Shown here: one piece after another, positions 50,619 through 58,877 of the stretch
Numbering within the stretch: the first letter of the stretch is position 1
Layout of the letters: every line of letters starts with the position of its first letter
Assembly (NCBI GenBank): GCA_964493285.1
Contig: CAZBOF010000002.1
Coordinates: 6,248-70,247 of the forward strand
DNA from: an uncultured Rhizobacter sp.
GTDB taxonomy: Bacteria > Pseudomonadota > Gammaproteobacteria > Burkholderiales > Burkholderiaceae_C
Reading direction: 5' to 3'
Length of the DNA stretch: 64,000 nucleotides
Notes under the pieces: generated by a model
The model's database searches: none
The model's input: only the letters and a program-made list of their open reading frames with translations
Told to the model about the DNA's origin: nothing
Position numbers and translations under genes: made by a program

Positions 50619-51620
50619 GTGATGAATATGTCGAGTATTGAAGCAGCTGGTGAAGTGGGCTCCCAGCAAAGGGCGTTGATCACGGAACTGATCGAAGAGT
50701 TGCGTGCGGGCCGCAAAGACGCGCTCGAGATGGCGAAGGAGCGCAGCAGGGAGCGGCGCTGGAAAACATTCTCCCGGCTGGTTTTCCTGCTAGTCCCCAT
50801 GTTCGTGGGTGTGGTGTATGCGGTGATTCTGGCGTCACCTTTCGAGTGGCTGACGTTCTCCCGTGCGGATGCCGTTGGCGTTGTCAGGATCGAGGGCAGC
50901 ATCGCCTCCGGAGAGACGGCATCGGCGGACAAGGTGGTGGCGGCGTTACGCCGTGCGTTCGAAGCCGACAATGTCAAAGCCGTGGTTCTGTCCATTGACA
51001 GCGGCGGTGGCGCCCCGGTGGAGGCGGAGCGCATCAACGCTGCGGTGTCCGCGTTGCGTCAGAAGCATTCCAAGCCCGTGGTGTCGGTGATCCAGAGTGC
51101 CGGGGCTTCCGCGGCTTACATGATCGCCATGCATACCGACAAAGTGTATGCCGGGAGGTACAGCTTGGTGGGGTCAATCGGTGCCGTGGTCAGTGGCTGG
51201 GAACTACACCGCGCTCTGGAGCGGCAAGAGGTTTCACATCGAACCTACGCATCAGGACCGCTGAAGTCGATGCTGAATCCGTTCGCCCCGATGTCGAATG
51301 AAGCGGATGCCAAGGCGCAAGAGCTGGTGTCTCAGATCGGGGCCCGTTTCGAAGAGGAACTGCGTGCCAAGCGCGGGGAGCATCTCAAGGCAGGTACTGA
51401 CTACGGCACGGGCGAGTTGTGGAACGGGGCGCAGGCCAAAGCGCTCGGCCTCGTCGACGAAATCGGCACCCTGGAAGAGGTGATTGCCAACAATTGGGGG
51501 CTTGATGCAAAGGAGTTCGGCCCCAGAGCCAATCACCTCGGCATTCTCGGGGCGTTTTCGCGGCAGGTCGTCGATTCCGTGACGCGCGCGAGTTTGCGCC
51601 CAGGCATCGAGTTGCGTTGA
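50619..51620 (+). CDS. S49-family (SppA-like) peptidase with N-terminal TM
   Basis: IDSGGG, ASAAYMIA (Ser), VGSIG, SGPLKS (Lys), GLVDEIG. Confidence 0.9.
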   Translation: MMNMSSIEAAGEVGSQQRALITELIEELRAGRKDALEMAKERSRERRWKTFSRLVFLLVPMFVGVVYAVILASPFEWLTFSRADAVGVVRIEGSIASGETASADKVVAALRRAFEADNVKAVVLSIDSGGGAPVEAERINAAVSALRQKHSKPVVSVIQSAGASAAYMIAMHTDKVYAGRYSLVGSIGAVVSGWELHRALERQEVSHRTYASGPLKSMLNPFAPMSNEADAKAQELVSQIGARFEEELRAKRGEHLKAGTDYGTGELWNGAQAKALGLVDEIGTLEEVIANNWGLDAKEFGPRANHLGILGAFSRQVVDSVTRASLRPGIELR

Positions 51621-52060
51621 ATCACATCGACAGATTTCAGGCTTGATCGTGCCGAGGCAGTTGGTACGATCGCGGCTGATATCTTGGTTTTCCATGCCGC
51701 GCATGTGAACTTGCTAACCGGTCAGCCCTTGACATCCGGTTAGGCTCTTCGAGCCAGGGTTTGCCTGCGCCAGCAGGCATATGAGATGCAGCAGGTTCAC
51801 CTGCTGCTCGGTGTTGGATCTGACCGCCCCCTAAAGGACGCGCCAACCTCGACGAGGCTCTCATGAACACGCCGCGTGCGTCGAACATGGGAGCCTGGGC
51901 CGCCCTTTCCTGCACCGGCTCGTTTGACATCGAAAGGTGTTTCGCCGCGTGCCACAACTGTCTTTGCATCTGCCGCCGTGCAGATGCTGAAGTGGCTTCA
52001 CAAAGTCGTCTCACTTTGCTTATTGATCCCAAACGTTAGAACCCAACAAGTAGGTGCCAT

Positions 52061-52495
52061 GTGGCTGCCATACCCGTGAATTTGATGTATGAGAACCAGA
52101 TCCTTGATCTACTTTCCAAAGCTGATTCCGTCGAGCTTGCGCCGGTTTCTTTCCTGATCGCTCGTTGTCAGTTGGTTCGCCTAGATCGTGCTGTGTATTT
52201 CGGAGCCGATCGGCGAATTTGGCTCACCGTCATGCTGAGCGGTGTGGTGCTCGAAGAGCGCAAGCGCTTTCGTGTGTTCTTGGTCAATCCTCCTCAAATG
52301 GACATTCTGGCCAAGGCACTCATGAGCGCAGGCACTGAGGTCGTCGTGACCCGTTTGGTACCTGCCACTGTTTCAGCTTTGTCCATGATGGAAGTCGATG
52401 AACCCGACGGAACCACCGTTGTCATTCTGGCGAAGGCTATCGAGCCAGTTGCCAAGACATTGGCCGACCTTCTTGGGCTGACGAGGCTGCTCTGA
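52061..52495 (+). CDS. hypothetical protein (start may be ATG 52085)
   Basis: 144-aa ORF in a lower-GC segment, followed by a strong hairpin. Confidence 0.5.
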   Translation: MAAIPVNLMYENQILDLLSKADSVELAPVSFLIARCQLVRLDRAVYFGADRRIWLTVMLSGVVLEERKRFRVFLVNPPQMDILAKALMSAGTEVVVTRLVPATVSALSMMEVDEPDGTTVVILAKAIEPVAKTLADLLGLTRLL

Positions 52496-52502
52496 TTTGC
52501 AC

Positions 52503-52537
52503 CTGTCACGGCGACCGATTTTCGGTCGCCGTGACAG
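52503..52537. terminator. perfect 16-bp hairpin, possible terminator
   Basis: CTGTCACGGCGACCGA-TTT-TCGGTCGCCGTGACAG, 8 bp after stop 52495; no U-tract. Confidence 0.55.
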
Positions 52538-52573
52538 CGCTGTGAGCAAGAATAACAACAGCAGTCAGCTGGA

Positions 52574-52918
52574 ATGCATCAGTTTTCACCATTCCAATTG
52601 GATGAAAACAGCGCGCACCCTCGGTTGCTTGGCATCCGAGTAAGCCATGTGAGGCTGGCGCAGACGCGACTCCATGTACTCGGCGAGTGGAGCACGAAGG
52701 ATGCTAGCGCGCAAAGGAGGGTGCTTATACTTTGCGATCAAGCTGCCCGCCCGGCAGTGGCGCCCCATCTCAAAGGGTTCAGATCGCGTGTTGTGGACTT
52801 GAGCACCGTGAGGGTGCGCGAGGAGCACCCGTACCGGTTCAGGTTCGTCTATGCCACACCTGGAAATCGATCCGCGAACTCCAAGGCGACAGCGCTTTCG
52901 GAGCGCGGGATGCGGTGA
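52574..52918 (+). CDS. hypothetical protein
   Basis: 114-aa ORF; no recognizable motif. Confidence 0.35.
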   Translation: MHQFSPFQLDENSAHPRLLGIRVSHVRLAQTRLHVLGEWSTKDASAQRRVLILCDQAARPAVAPHLKGFRSRVVDLSTVRVREEHPYRFRFVYATPGNRSANSKATALSERGMR

Positions 52919-53060
52919 AGATCAAAGGCCGGTCGTCCGGCATGGATCGCGGGCGGGAGCTTTCTCCGGTGAACTGGTTGCTTCAATGACTCTAGACTTA
53001 TCGATTCTGTATGAATATCGGTATGGTTCCCATGCTGTACCACCTGGGGAGAGCAAGTCC

Positions 53061-54875
53061 ATGCAACGGTTGGGTTTGAAACGGGCGATGGCATGGTGGG
53101 CCATGGCCATGGCCATGTGCGCCGTGACGGGCGCGTTCGCGAACACGCCGCTCAAAGTGTTGCGCTACGCATTTCCCGTGGCCGAGACCGGTTTCGATCC
53201 CGCCCAGGTGAGCGACCTCTACTCGCGCATCGCCACCGCACACATCTTCGAGGCGCCGCTCGCCTACGACCACCTGGCCCGCCCGTTCACGCTGCGCCCG
53301 GCCACGGCGGCCGAAATGCCTGAGGTCTCGGACGACTTCACCACTTTCACCTTCCGCATCAAGCCGGGTATTTACTTCGCCGACGACCCGGCGTTCAAGG
53401 GCCGCAAGCGCGAGCTGGTGGCGCAGGACTACGTGTACTCGCTCAAGCGCGTCTACGACCCGGCGGTGAAGTCGCCGCTGCTGTCGTCGCTGGAGAACGA
53501 GGGCATCATCGGCCTGCAGTCCTTGCACGAGGCGGCGCTGAAAAGCGGCAAGCCGTTCGACTACGACAAGGAGGTCGAGGGCATTCGCGCACTCGACCGC
53601 TATACCTTCCGCGTGAAGCTGCGCGAGTCGCGCCCACGGCATCTGTACCTGTGGGCGGCGCGCGATGTGTCGTCCGGGGCGATGGCGCGCGAGGTGGTCG
53701 AGCACTACGGCGACAACATCATGGCCCACCCGGTCGGCACGGGGCCGTTTCGCTTGGTCGAATGGCGGCGCAGTTCGCGCATGGTGTTCGAGCGCAATCC
53801 GAACTACCGCGAAGACGTCTACGACGCCCAGCCCAATGCCGACGACGCCGAGGGCCAGGCGCTGCTGGCGCGTTTCAAGGGCCGGCGCCTGCCGATGATC
53901 GACCGCATCGAGATCTCGGTGATCGAGCAGGCGCAGCCGCGCTGGTTGTCGTTCCTCAGTGGCGAGCAGAATTTTCTGGAGCGCCTGCCCAACGAGTTTG
54001 CCGACCAGGCCGTGCCCGGCGGCGAACTGGCGCCTCACCTCGCCAAGCAAGGCATCCACCTGTTCCGCGGCCTTGGTTCGGACGTGACGCTCACCGTGTT
54101 CAACATGGACGACCCGCTGGTGGGCGGCTACACGCCGGAACAGGTGGCGCTGCGCCGGGCGATCGGCCTGGGCACGAACGTCCAGCGCGAGATCCAGACC
54201 GTGCGCCGCGGGCTGGCCATCCCGGCCCAGGGGATCATGACGCCCGGCACCTCGGGATACCGGCGGGACCTGCGCACGGAGGGCGGTGAATACAGCCCGG
54301 CCCGCGCCCGCGCGCTGCTCGACACCTACGGCTACGTTGACCGAAACGGCGACGGCTGGCGCGAACGGCCCGATGGGCGAGCGCTGGTGCTGGAGATGGC
54401 CACGCAATCGGATGCATCGTCGCGCCAGCTCGACGAGCTGTGGAAGAAAGACATGGACGCGCTGGGCTTGCGCGTGACGATGAAGGTGGCGCAATGGCCT
54501 GAGAACCTCAAGGCCGTGCGTGCCGGCAATTTCATGCTGTGGCGAGTGGGCTCCAGCGCCGCATCGCCCGACGGGCAGGGCGCCCTGGAACGCGCCTACG
54601 GCCCTTCCACCGGCAAGGGCAACATCGCGCGCTTCCGGCTCGACGCATTCGACGCGGTCTACGACAAGATGAAGATGCTACCCGACGGGCCTGAGCGCGA
54701 GGCGCTGTTCGACGAAGCCACCAAGCTGATGGTGGCCTACATGCCCTACCGCCTGGGGGTTCACCGCATCGTCAATGACCTCGGCTCGGCCGAGGTGATC
54801 GGCTACCGCCGCCCGGCGTTCTGGCTGGACTGGTGGCAGTACATCGACATCGACCCTTCGCAGAAAGCCCCTTGA
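53061..54875 (+). CDS. ABC substrate-binding protein, family 5 (peptide/nickel type)
   Basis: Signal peptide; AETGFDPA, PVGTGPF, LRRAI, DRNGDGWRE. Confidence 0.92.
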   Translation: MQRLGLKRAMAWWAMAMAMCAVTGAFANTPLKVLRYAFPVAETGFDPAQVSDLYSRIATAHIFEAPLAYDHLARPFTLRPATAAEMPEVSDDFTTFTFRIKPGIYFADDPAFKGRKRELVAQDYVYSLKRVYDPAVKSPLLSSLENEGIIGLQSLHEAALKSGKPFDYDKEVEGIRALDRYTFRVKLRESRPRHLYLWAARDVSSGAMAREVVEHYGDNIMAHPVGTGPFRLVEWRRSSRMVFERNPNYREDVYDAQPNADDAEGQALLARFKGRRLPMIDRIEISVIEQAQPRWLSFLSGEQNFLERLPNEFADQAVPGGELAPHLAKQGIHLFRGLGSDVTLTVFNMDDPLVGGYTPEQVALRRAIGLGTNVQREIQTVRRGLAIPAQGIMTPGTSGYRRDLRTEGGEYSPARARALLDTYGYVDRNGDGWRERPDGRALVLEMATQSDASSRQLDELWKKDMDALGLRVTMKVAQWPENLKAVRAGNFMLWRVGSSAASPDGQGALERAYGPSTGKGNIARFRLDAFDAVYDKMKMLPDGPEREALFDEATKLMVAYMPYRLGVHRIVNDLGSAEVIGYRRPAFWLDWWQYIDIDPSQKAP

Positions 54876-54876
54876 C

Positions 54877-56919
54877 ATGCTGCCCGAACCACAGATTCTT
54901 CGCTACACGCGCTGGCTTGCAGACAACCGCGGCCTCGCGTTCGACCCCGCGACGGTGGAAGGTTATGACGCGTTGTGGCAATGGTCCACCCGCGACCTCG
55001 ATGCCTTCTGGCGCTCCATCTGGGACTTCCACGGCATGCAGTCGCCCACGCCGGCGCGCGCCGTGCTCGAGCAGCCCGCGATGCCCGGCGCCGTGTGGTT
55101 TCCGGGTGCGCAGGTGAACTACGCGCAACAGGTGTTCCGCCACGCCGATGCGGCGCACGCCGGTGGCCATCCGGCCATCGTGTTCCAGAACGAACGCCTG
55201 CGTGCGCGTGGCGAGCTGGTCACGCTCAGCTGGCCCGAACTGCGCCGCCAGGTCGCCTCGCTGGCCGCGCATCTCGTGCGGCTGGGCGTGCAGCGCGGCG
55301 ACCGGGTGGCCGCCTTCCTGCCCAACGCGCCTCAGACCGCGGTGGCCTTTCTCGCTGCGGCGAGCCTGGGCGCGGTGTGGTCGCTGTGTTCGCCCGACAT
55401 GGGGCCGGTGGCGGTGCTTGATCGCTTCCGCCAGATCCAGCCCAAGGTATTGATCGCCTGCGACGGCTACGTCTACGGCGGCGCGGCGCACGACCGGCGC
55501 GGTGTGTTGCAAGGCTTGCTCGACGAGCTGCCCAGCGTGCGCGAGGTGGTGTTGTGGCGGTACCTTGACGACGCCGCCGACCCGCAGGCGCTGGCCTGTG
55601 CCGGCCGGCGCGCACACGACTTCGCCGCGCTGACCGCGGACGACGCCACGCTCAGCACTGCCTGGCTGCCGTTCGACCACCCGCTGTGGGTGGTGTACTC
55701 CAGCGGCACCACCGGCCTGCCCAAGCCCATCGTGCATGGGCACGGCGGGGTGATGATCGAAGCGCTCAAGGCGAACTCCCTGCACAACGACCTGGGCGCC
55801 AGTGTCGATACCGGCGATCGCTACCACTGGTACAGCGCCACCGGCTGGATCATGTGGAACTCGCAGATGTCGGCCTTGCTTGGCGGCACCACCATCTGCC
55901 TCTACGACGGCAGCCCGAGCGGCGGCGCCCACGCCACCGGCGGCGCGCACGACTGGACCACCCTGTGGCGGTTCGCTGCCGATGCGGGCGTCACGTTCTT
56001 TGGCGCGGGCGCGGCGTTCTATGCGAGCTGCCTCAAGGCCGAGGTGCGGCCGCTCGATCATGTCGCCTTGCCGAAGCTGCGCGCCGTGGGCTCGACCGGC
56101 TCGCCGTTGTCGATCGACAGCTACCGGTGGATCCACGCCAACCTGCCACGTCCCGGCGGACGCCCGATCTGGCTCAATGCACTCTCGGGCGGGACCGACT
56201 TCGCCGGGGCTTTCATCGCCGGCCTGCCCACCTTGCCCGTGGTGGAAGGCGAGATGCAGTGCCGCTGCCTCGGCGCCGCCGTGCATGCCTGGGACCCGCA
56301 AGGCCAGCCGCTGATCGACGAAGTGGGCGAGCTGGTCTGCACGCAGCCCATGCCGTCGATGCCGCTGTACTTCTGGAACGATACCCCGCAGCCGGGTTCG
56401 CGGGCGGGCCCCCGCTACCTCGACAGCTATTTCGACATGTTCCCCGGCGTCTGGCGGCATGGCGACTGGATCCGCATCACCCCGCGCGGCGGCTCCATCA
56501 TCTATGGACGCAGCGATGCCACCATCAACCGCTACGGCATCCGCATGGGCACCGCCGAGTTGTACCGCGCGGTGGAGTCGCTGCCGGAGGTGCTCGACAG
56601 CCTGGTGGTCGATCTGGAGTACCTCGGGCGCGAAAGCTACATGCCGCTGTTCGTCGTCCTGCGCGACGGCCTCGTGCTGGACGAGGCCTTGACGAAGAAA
56701 ATGCGCGGCCTGATCAAGGATGCACTGTCGGCGCGCCACGTGCCGAATGAGATCTTCCAAGTGAGCGCGATTCCCCGCACGCTGTCGGGCAAGAAGATGG
56801 AGTTGCCCGTGAAGAAACTGCTGATGGGCACGCCGGCCGAGCAGCTGTTCAAGCTCGATGCCATGGCCAATGCCGACTGCGTGCCATGGTTCACCGAGTT
56901 CGCGAGGCGGCGGGCATGA
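54877..56919 (+). CDS. acetoacetate--CoA ligase
   Basis: WFPGAQVNYA, YSSGTTGLPKPIVHGHGG, SGGTD, WRHGDW, GRSDATINR, LSGKK. Confidence 0.93.
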   Translation: MLPEPQILRYTRWLADNRGLAFDPATVEGYDALWQWSTRDLDAFWRSIWDFHGMQSPTPARAVLEQPAMPGAVWFPGAQVNYAQQVFRHADAAHAGGHPAIVFQNERLRARGELVTLSWPELRRQVASLAAHLVRLGVQRGDRVAAFLPNAPQTAVAFLAAASLGAVWSLCSPDMGPVAVLDRFRQIQPKVLIACDGYVYGGAAHDRRGVLQGLLDELPSVREVVLWRYLDDAADPQALACAGRRAHDFAALTADDATLSTAWLPFDHPLWVVYSSGTTGLPKPIVHGHGGVMIEALKANSLHNDLGASVDTGDRYHWYSATGWIMWNSQMSALLGGTTICLYDGSPSGGAHATGGAHDWTTLWRFAADAGVTFFGAGAAFYASCLKAEVRPLDHVALPKLRAVGSTGSPLSIDSYRWIHANLPRPGGRPIWLNALSGGTDFAGAFIAGLPTLPVVEGEMQCRCLGAAVHAWDPQGQPLIDEVGELVCTQPMPSMPLYFWNDTPQPGSRAGPRYLDSYFDMFPGVWRHGDWIRITPRGGSIIYGRSDATINRYGIRMGTAELYRAVESLPEVLDSLVVDLEYLGRESYMPLFVVLRDGLVLDEALTKKMRGLIKDALSARHVPNEIFQVSAIPRTLSGKKMELPVKKLLMGTPAEQLFKLDAMANADCVPWFTEFARRRA

Positions 56920-58202
56920 GCGCGGCCGACCCGCGCGCATTCCTGCGCTCGCTGTTCGACGCCGCTGTGGCCGCCGCTCAGCCGGCCCGCGTGCTGGCCG
57001 CCCACCTGCCACGGCCGCCTGCCGGCCGCACCGTCGTCGTGGGGGCCGGCAAAGCCTCGGCCGCCATGGCCGCGGCGGTCGAGGCGCACTGGCCGCGCGA
57101 GGCGCCGCTGTCGGGCCTCGTGGTCGTGCCTTACCGCCACGTGCCGCCCGGGGGCGCGCAGCGCATCGAGGTGATCGAAGCTGCCCATCCCGTGCCCGAC
57201 GATGCCGGCCAGCGGGCCGCGCAGCGCATCCTCTCGCAGGTTCATGGGTTGGGCGAAGACGACCTGGTGCTGTGCCTCATTTCCGGCGGCGGTTCCTCGC
57301 TGCTCGCGCTGCCGGCGACCGGCCTCACCCTCGCCGACAAGCAGCGCGTGCACCGCGCACTGCTGCACAGTGGCGCCACCATCACCGAGATGAACTGCGT
57401 GCGCAAGCATCTCTCGGCGATCAAGGGCGGGCGGCTGGCTTTGCAATGCGGTGCGGCGCAGGTGCGCACGCTGGTCATCTCCGACGTGCCCGGCGACGAC
57501 GTGAGCGTGATCGCGAGCGGCCCCACGGTGGCTGACGCCACCACCTGTGCCGACGCGCTCGCGGTGATCGAACGCTATCGCGTCGACCTGCCGGCGGCGG
57601 TGCTCGAGGCGTTGCGCCGCGGCGAACTCGAAACGCCGAAGCCCGGCGATCCGCGCCTGGCGCAGCACGTCATCGAACTCATCGCGGCGCCCCGGGCCAG
57701 CCTGCAAGCGGCCGCCGCCGTGGTACGCGCCGCCGGCCTGCCGGTGCACGTGCTCAGCGACGAGATCGAAGGTGAATCGCGTGACGTGGGCCAGGTGCAT
57801 GCCGCGCTGGCGCGCGCGGTGGCGCGCCGGGGCGAACCGTTCGCCAAGCCGTGCGTCATCCTCAGCGGCGGCGAGACCACCGTGACCCTTCCGTCCGGCA
57901 GCACGCCGGGGCGCGGCGGGCGGGCCACCGAGTTCCTGCTCGGCTGTGCGATCGCGCTGCAAGGCGAGGGCGGCGTGTGGGGCCTCGCGGCCGACACCGA
58001 CGGCATCGACGGCATCGGCCCGAATGCGGGCGCCCTGCTCACGCCGGACACCCTGGCGCGTGCTGTGAAAGCGGGCTTGAACGCACGCCAGCACCTGGAC
58101 GCGCACGACGCGGCGAGTTTCTTCGAGCCCCTGGGCGACCTGTTGCAGACCGGCCCGACCTTCACCAACGTGAACGACTTCCGCGCGCTGCTGGTGATGT
58201 AA
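56916..58202 (+). CDS. glycerate 2-kinase / hydroxypyruvate reductase (TtuD/MOFRL family)
   Basis: GAGKAS, AAHPVPD, LISGGGS, SDVPGD, SGGETTV, DTDGIDG, TNVND. Confidence 0.93.
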   Translation: MSAADPRAFLRSLFDAAVAAAQPARVLAAHLPRPPAGRTVVVGAGKASAAMAAAVEAHWPREAPLSGLVVVPYRHVPPGGAQRIEVIEAAHPVPDDAGQRAAQRILSQVHGLGEDDLVLCLISGGGSSLLALPATGLTLADKQRVHRALLHSGATITEMNCVRKHLSAIKGGRLALQCGAAQVRTLVISDVPGDDVSVIASGPTVADATTCADALAVIERYRVDLPAAVLEALRRGELETPKPGDPRLAQHVIELIAAPRASLQAAAAVVRAAGLPVHVLSDEIEGESRDVGQVHAALARAVARRGEPFAKPCVILSGGETTVTLPSGSTPGRGGRATEFLLGCAIALQGEGGVWGLAADTDGIDGIGPNAGALLTPDTLARAVKAGLNARQHLDAHDAASFFEPLGDLLQTGPTFTNVNDFRALLVM

Positions 58203-58214
58203 ACCTTTGGCGGG

Positions 58215-58724
58215 CTACAGCGGCAGTTCGGTGAAGTAGCGCCCGCCGTGGTAGATCAGCGGCAAGGCGCCCGCGCGGCGCTCGCAGCGCTCCACTTCGC
58301 CCACGAAGATGATGTGGTCGCCTTCTTCGTACTGGCTGCGGTTGAAGCACTCGAACACCGCGGCGCTGCCTTCGATCACCGGTGCGCCGCCGGCCCCGCC
58401 GCGGAAGGTGACGCCTTCGAAGCGGTCGATGTCTTTGGCGGCGAAGCGCTCGGCCAGGGGGTGCTGGTCGGCGGCGAGGATGTTGATGGCGTAGTGCGAG
58501 CCCGCGCTGAACACCGGTCGGGAGCCCGCCAGGCGCGACAGGCTCCACAGCACCAGCGGCGGGCTGAGCGACACCGAATTGAACGAGTTCGCGGTGAGGC
58601 CGATCGGGCGGCCGGTGTCGTCGATCGCGGTGACCACGGTCACGCCGGTCGCGAACATGCCCAACGCCGCGCGGAATTCCTGCGCAGAGAAGCTGGGGGC
58701 GCTCGGGCGCAGCAACGCGGTCAT
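58215..58724 (-). CDS. flavin reductase family protein
   Basis: FRAALGMFATGVTVVT, TANSFNSVSLSPPL, GDHIIFVGEV. Confidence 0.93.
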   Translation of the reverse strand: MTALLRPSAPSFSAQEFRAALGMFATGVTVVTAIDDTGRPIGLTANSFNSVSLSPPLVLWSLSRLAGSRPVFSAGSHYAINILAADQHPLAERFAAKDIDRFEGVTFRGGAGGAPVIEGSAAVFECFNRSQYEEGDHIIFVGEVERCERRAGALPLIYHGGRYFTELPL

Positions 58725-58877
58725 GCGTGCATTGTCGCGGACTCGCGCATAGTCGGCCAACTCCGGGATAAGGGGTTCCGGCCGCCCCGGAGGCCGCCGG
58801 GGCGGCAATCGTTCACACAACTGCGCTGCGCGTGAGCGCGCAGGAGGGGGATCCGGGGCGCTCCCTAGAATCGCCGC

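Larger units (their letters stand above)
22430..53000. mobile_element. genomic island / ICE- or plasmid-derived F-type T4SS region (ends approximate)
   Basis: Contiguous tra genes, visibly lower GC and different codon usage than the flanks, AT-rich orphan ORFs at both ends; no integrase or att repeats found. Confidence 0.75.

Noticed and set aside
22430..53060. Direct repeats (attL/attR), tRNA target or integrase at the island ends
   Set aside because: None found by eye; short repeats could have been missed, so ends are approximate.
53099..53117. (GGCCAT)x3 repeat
   Set aside because: In-frame Ala-Met repeat within a signal peptide; no sign of function.
58215..58724. Flavin reductase as partner of the LLM monooxygenases
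   Set aside because: Over 55 kb away in housekeeping context with no sigma54 promoter seen; no evidence of linkage.
58781..58806. 10-bp GC hairpin between the divergent flavin reductase and ampG genes (similar 8-bp stem at 63790-63809)
   Set aside because: Single copies, no U-tract, plausible by chance in high-GC DNA.
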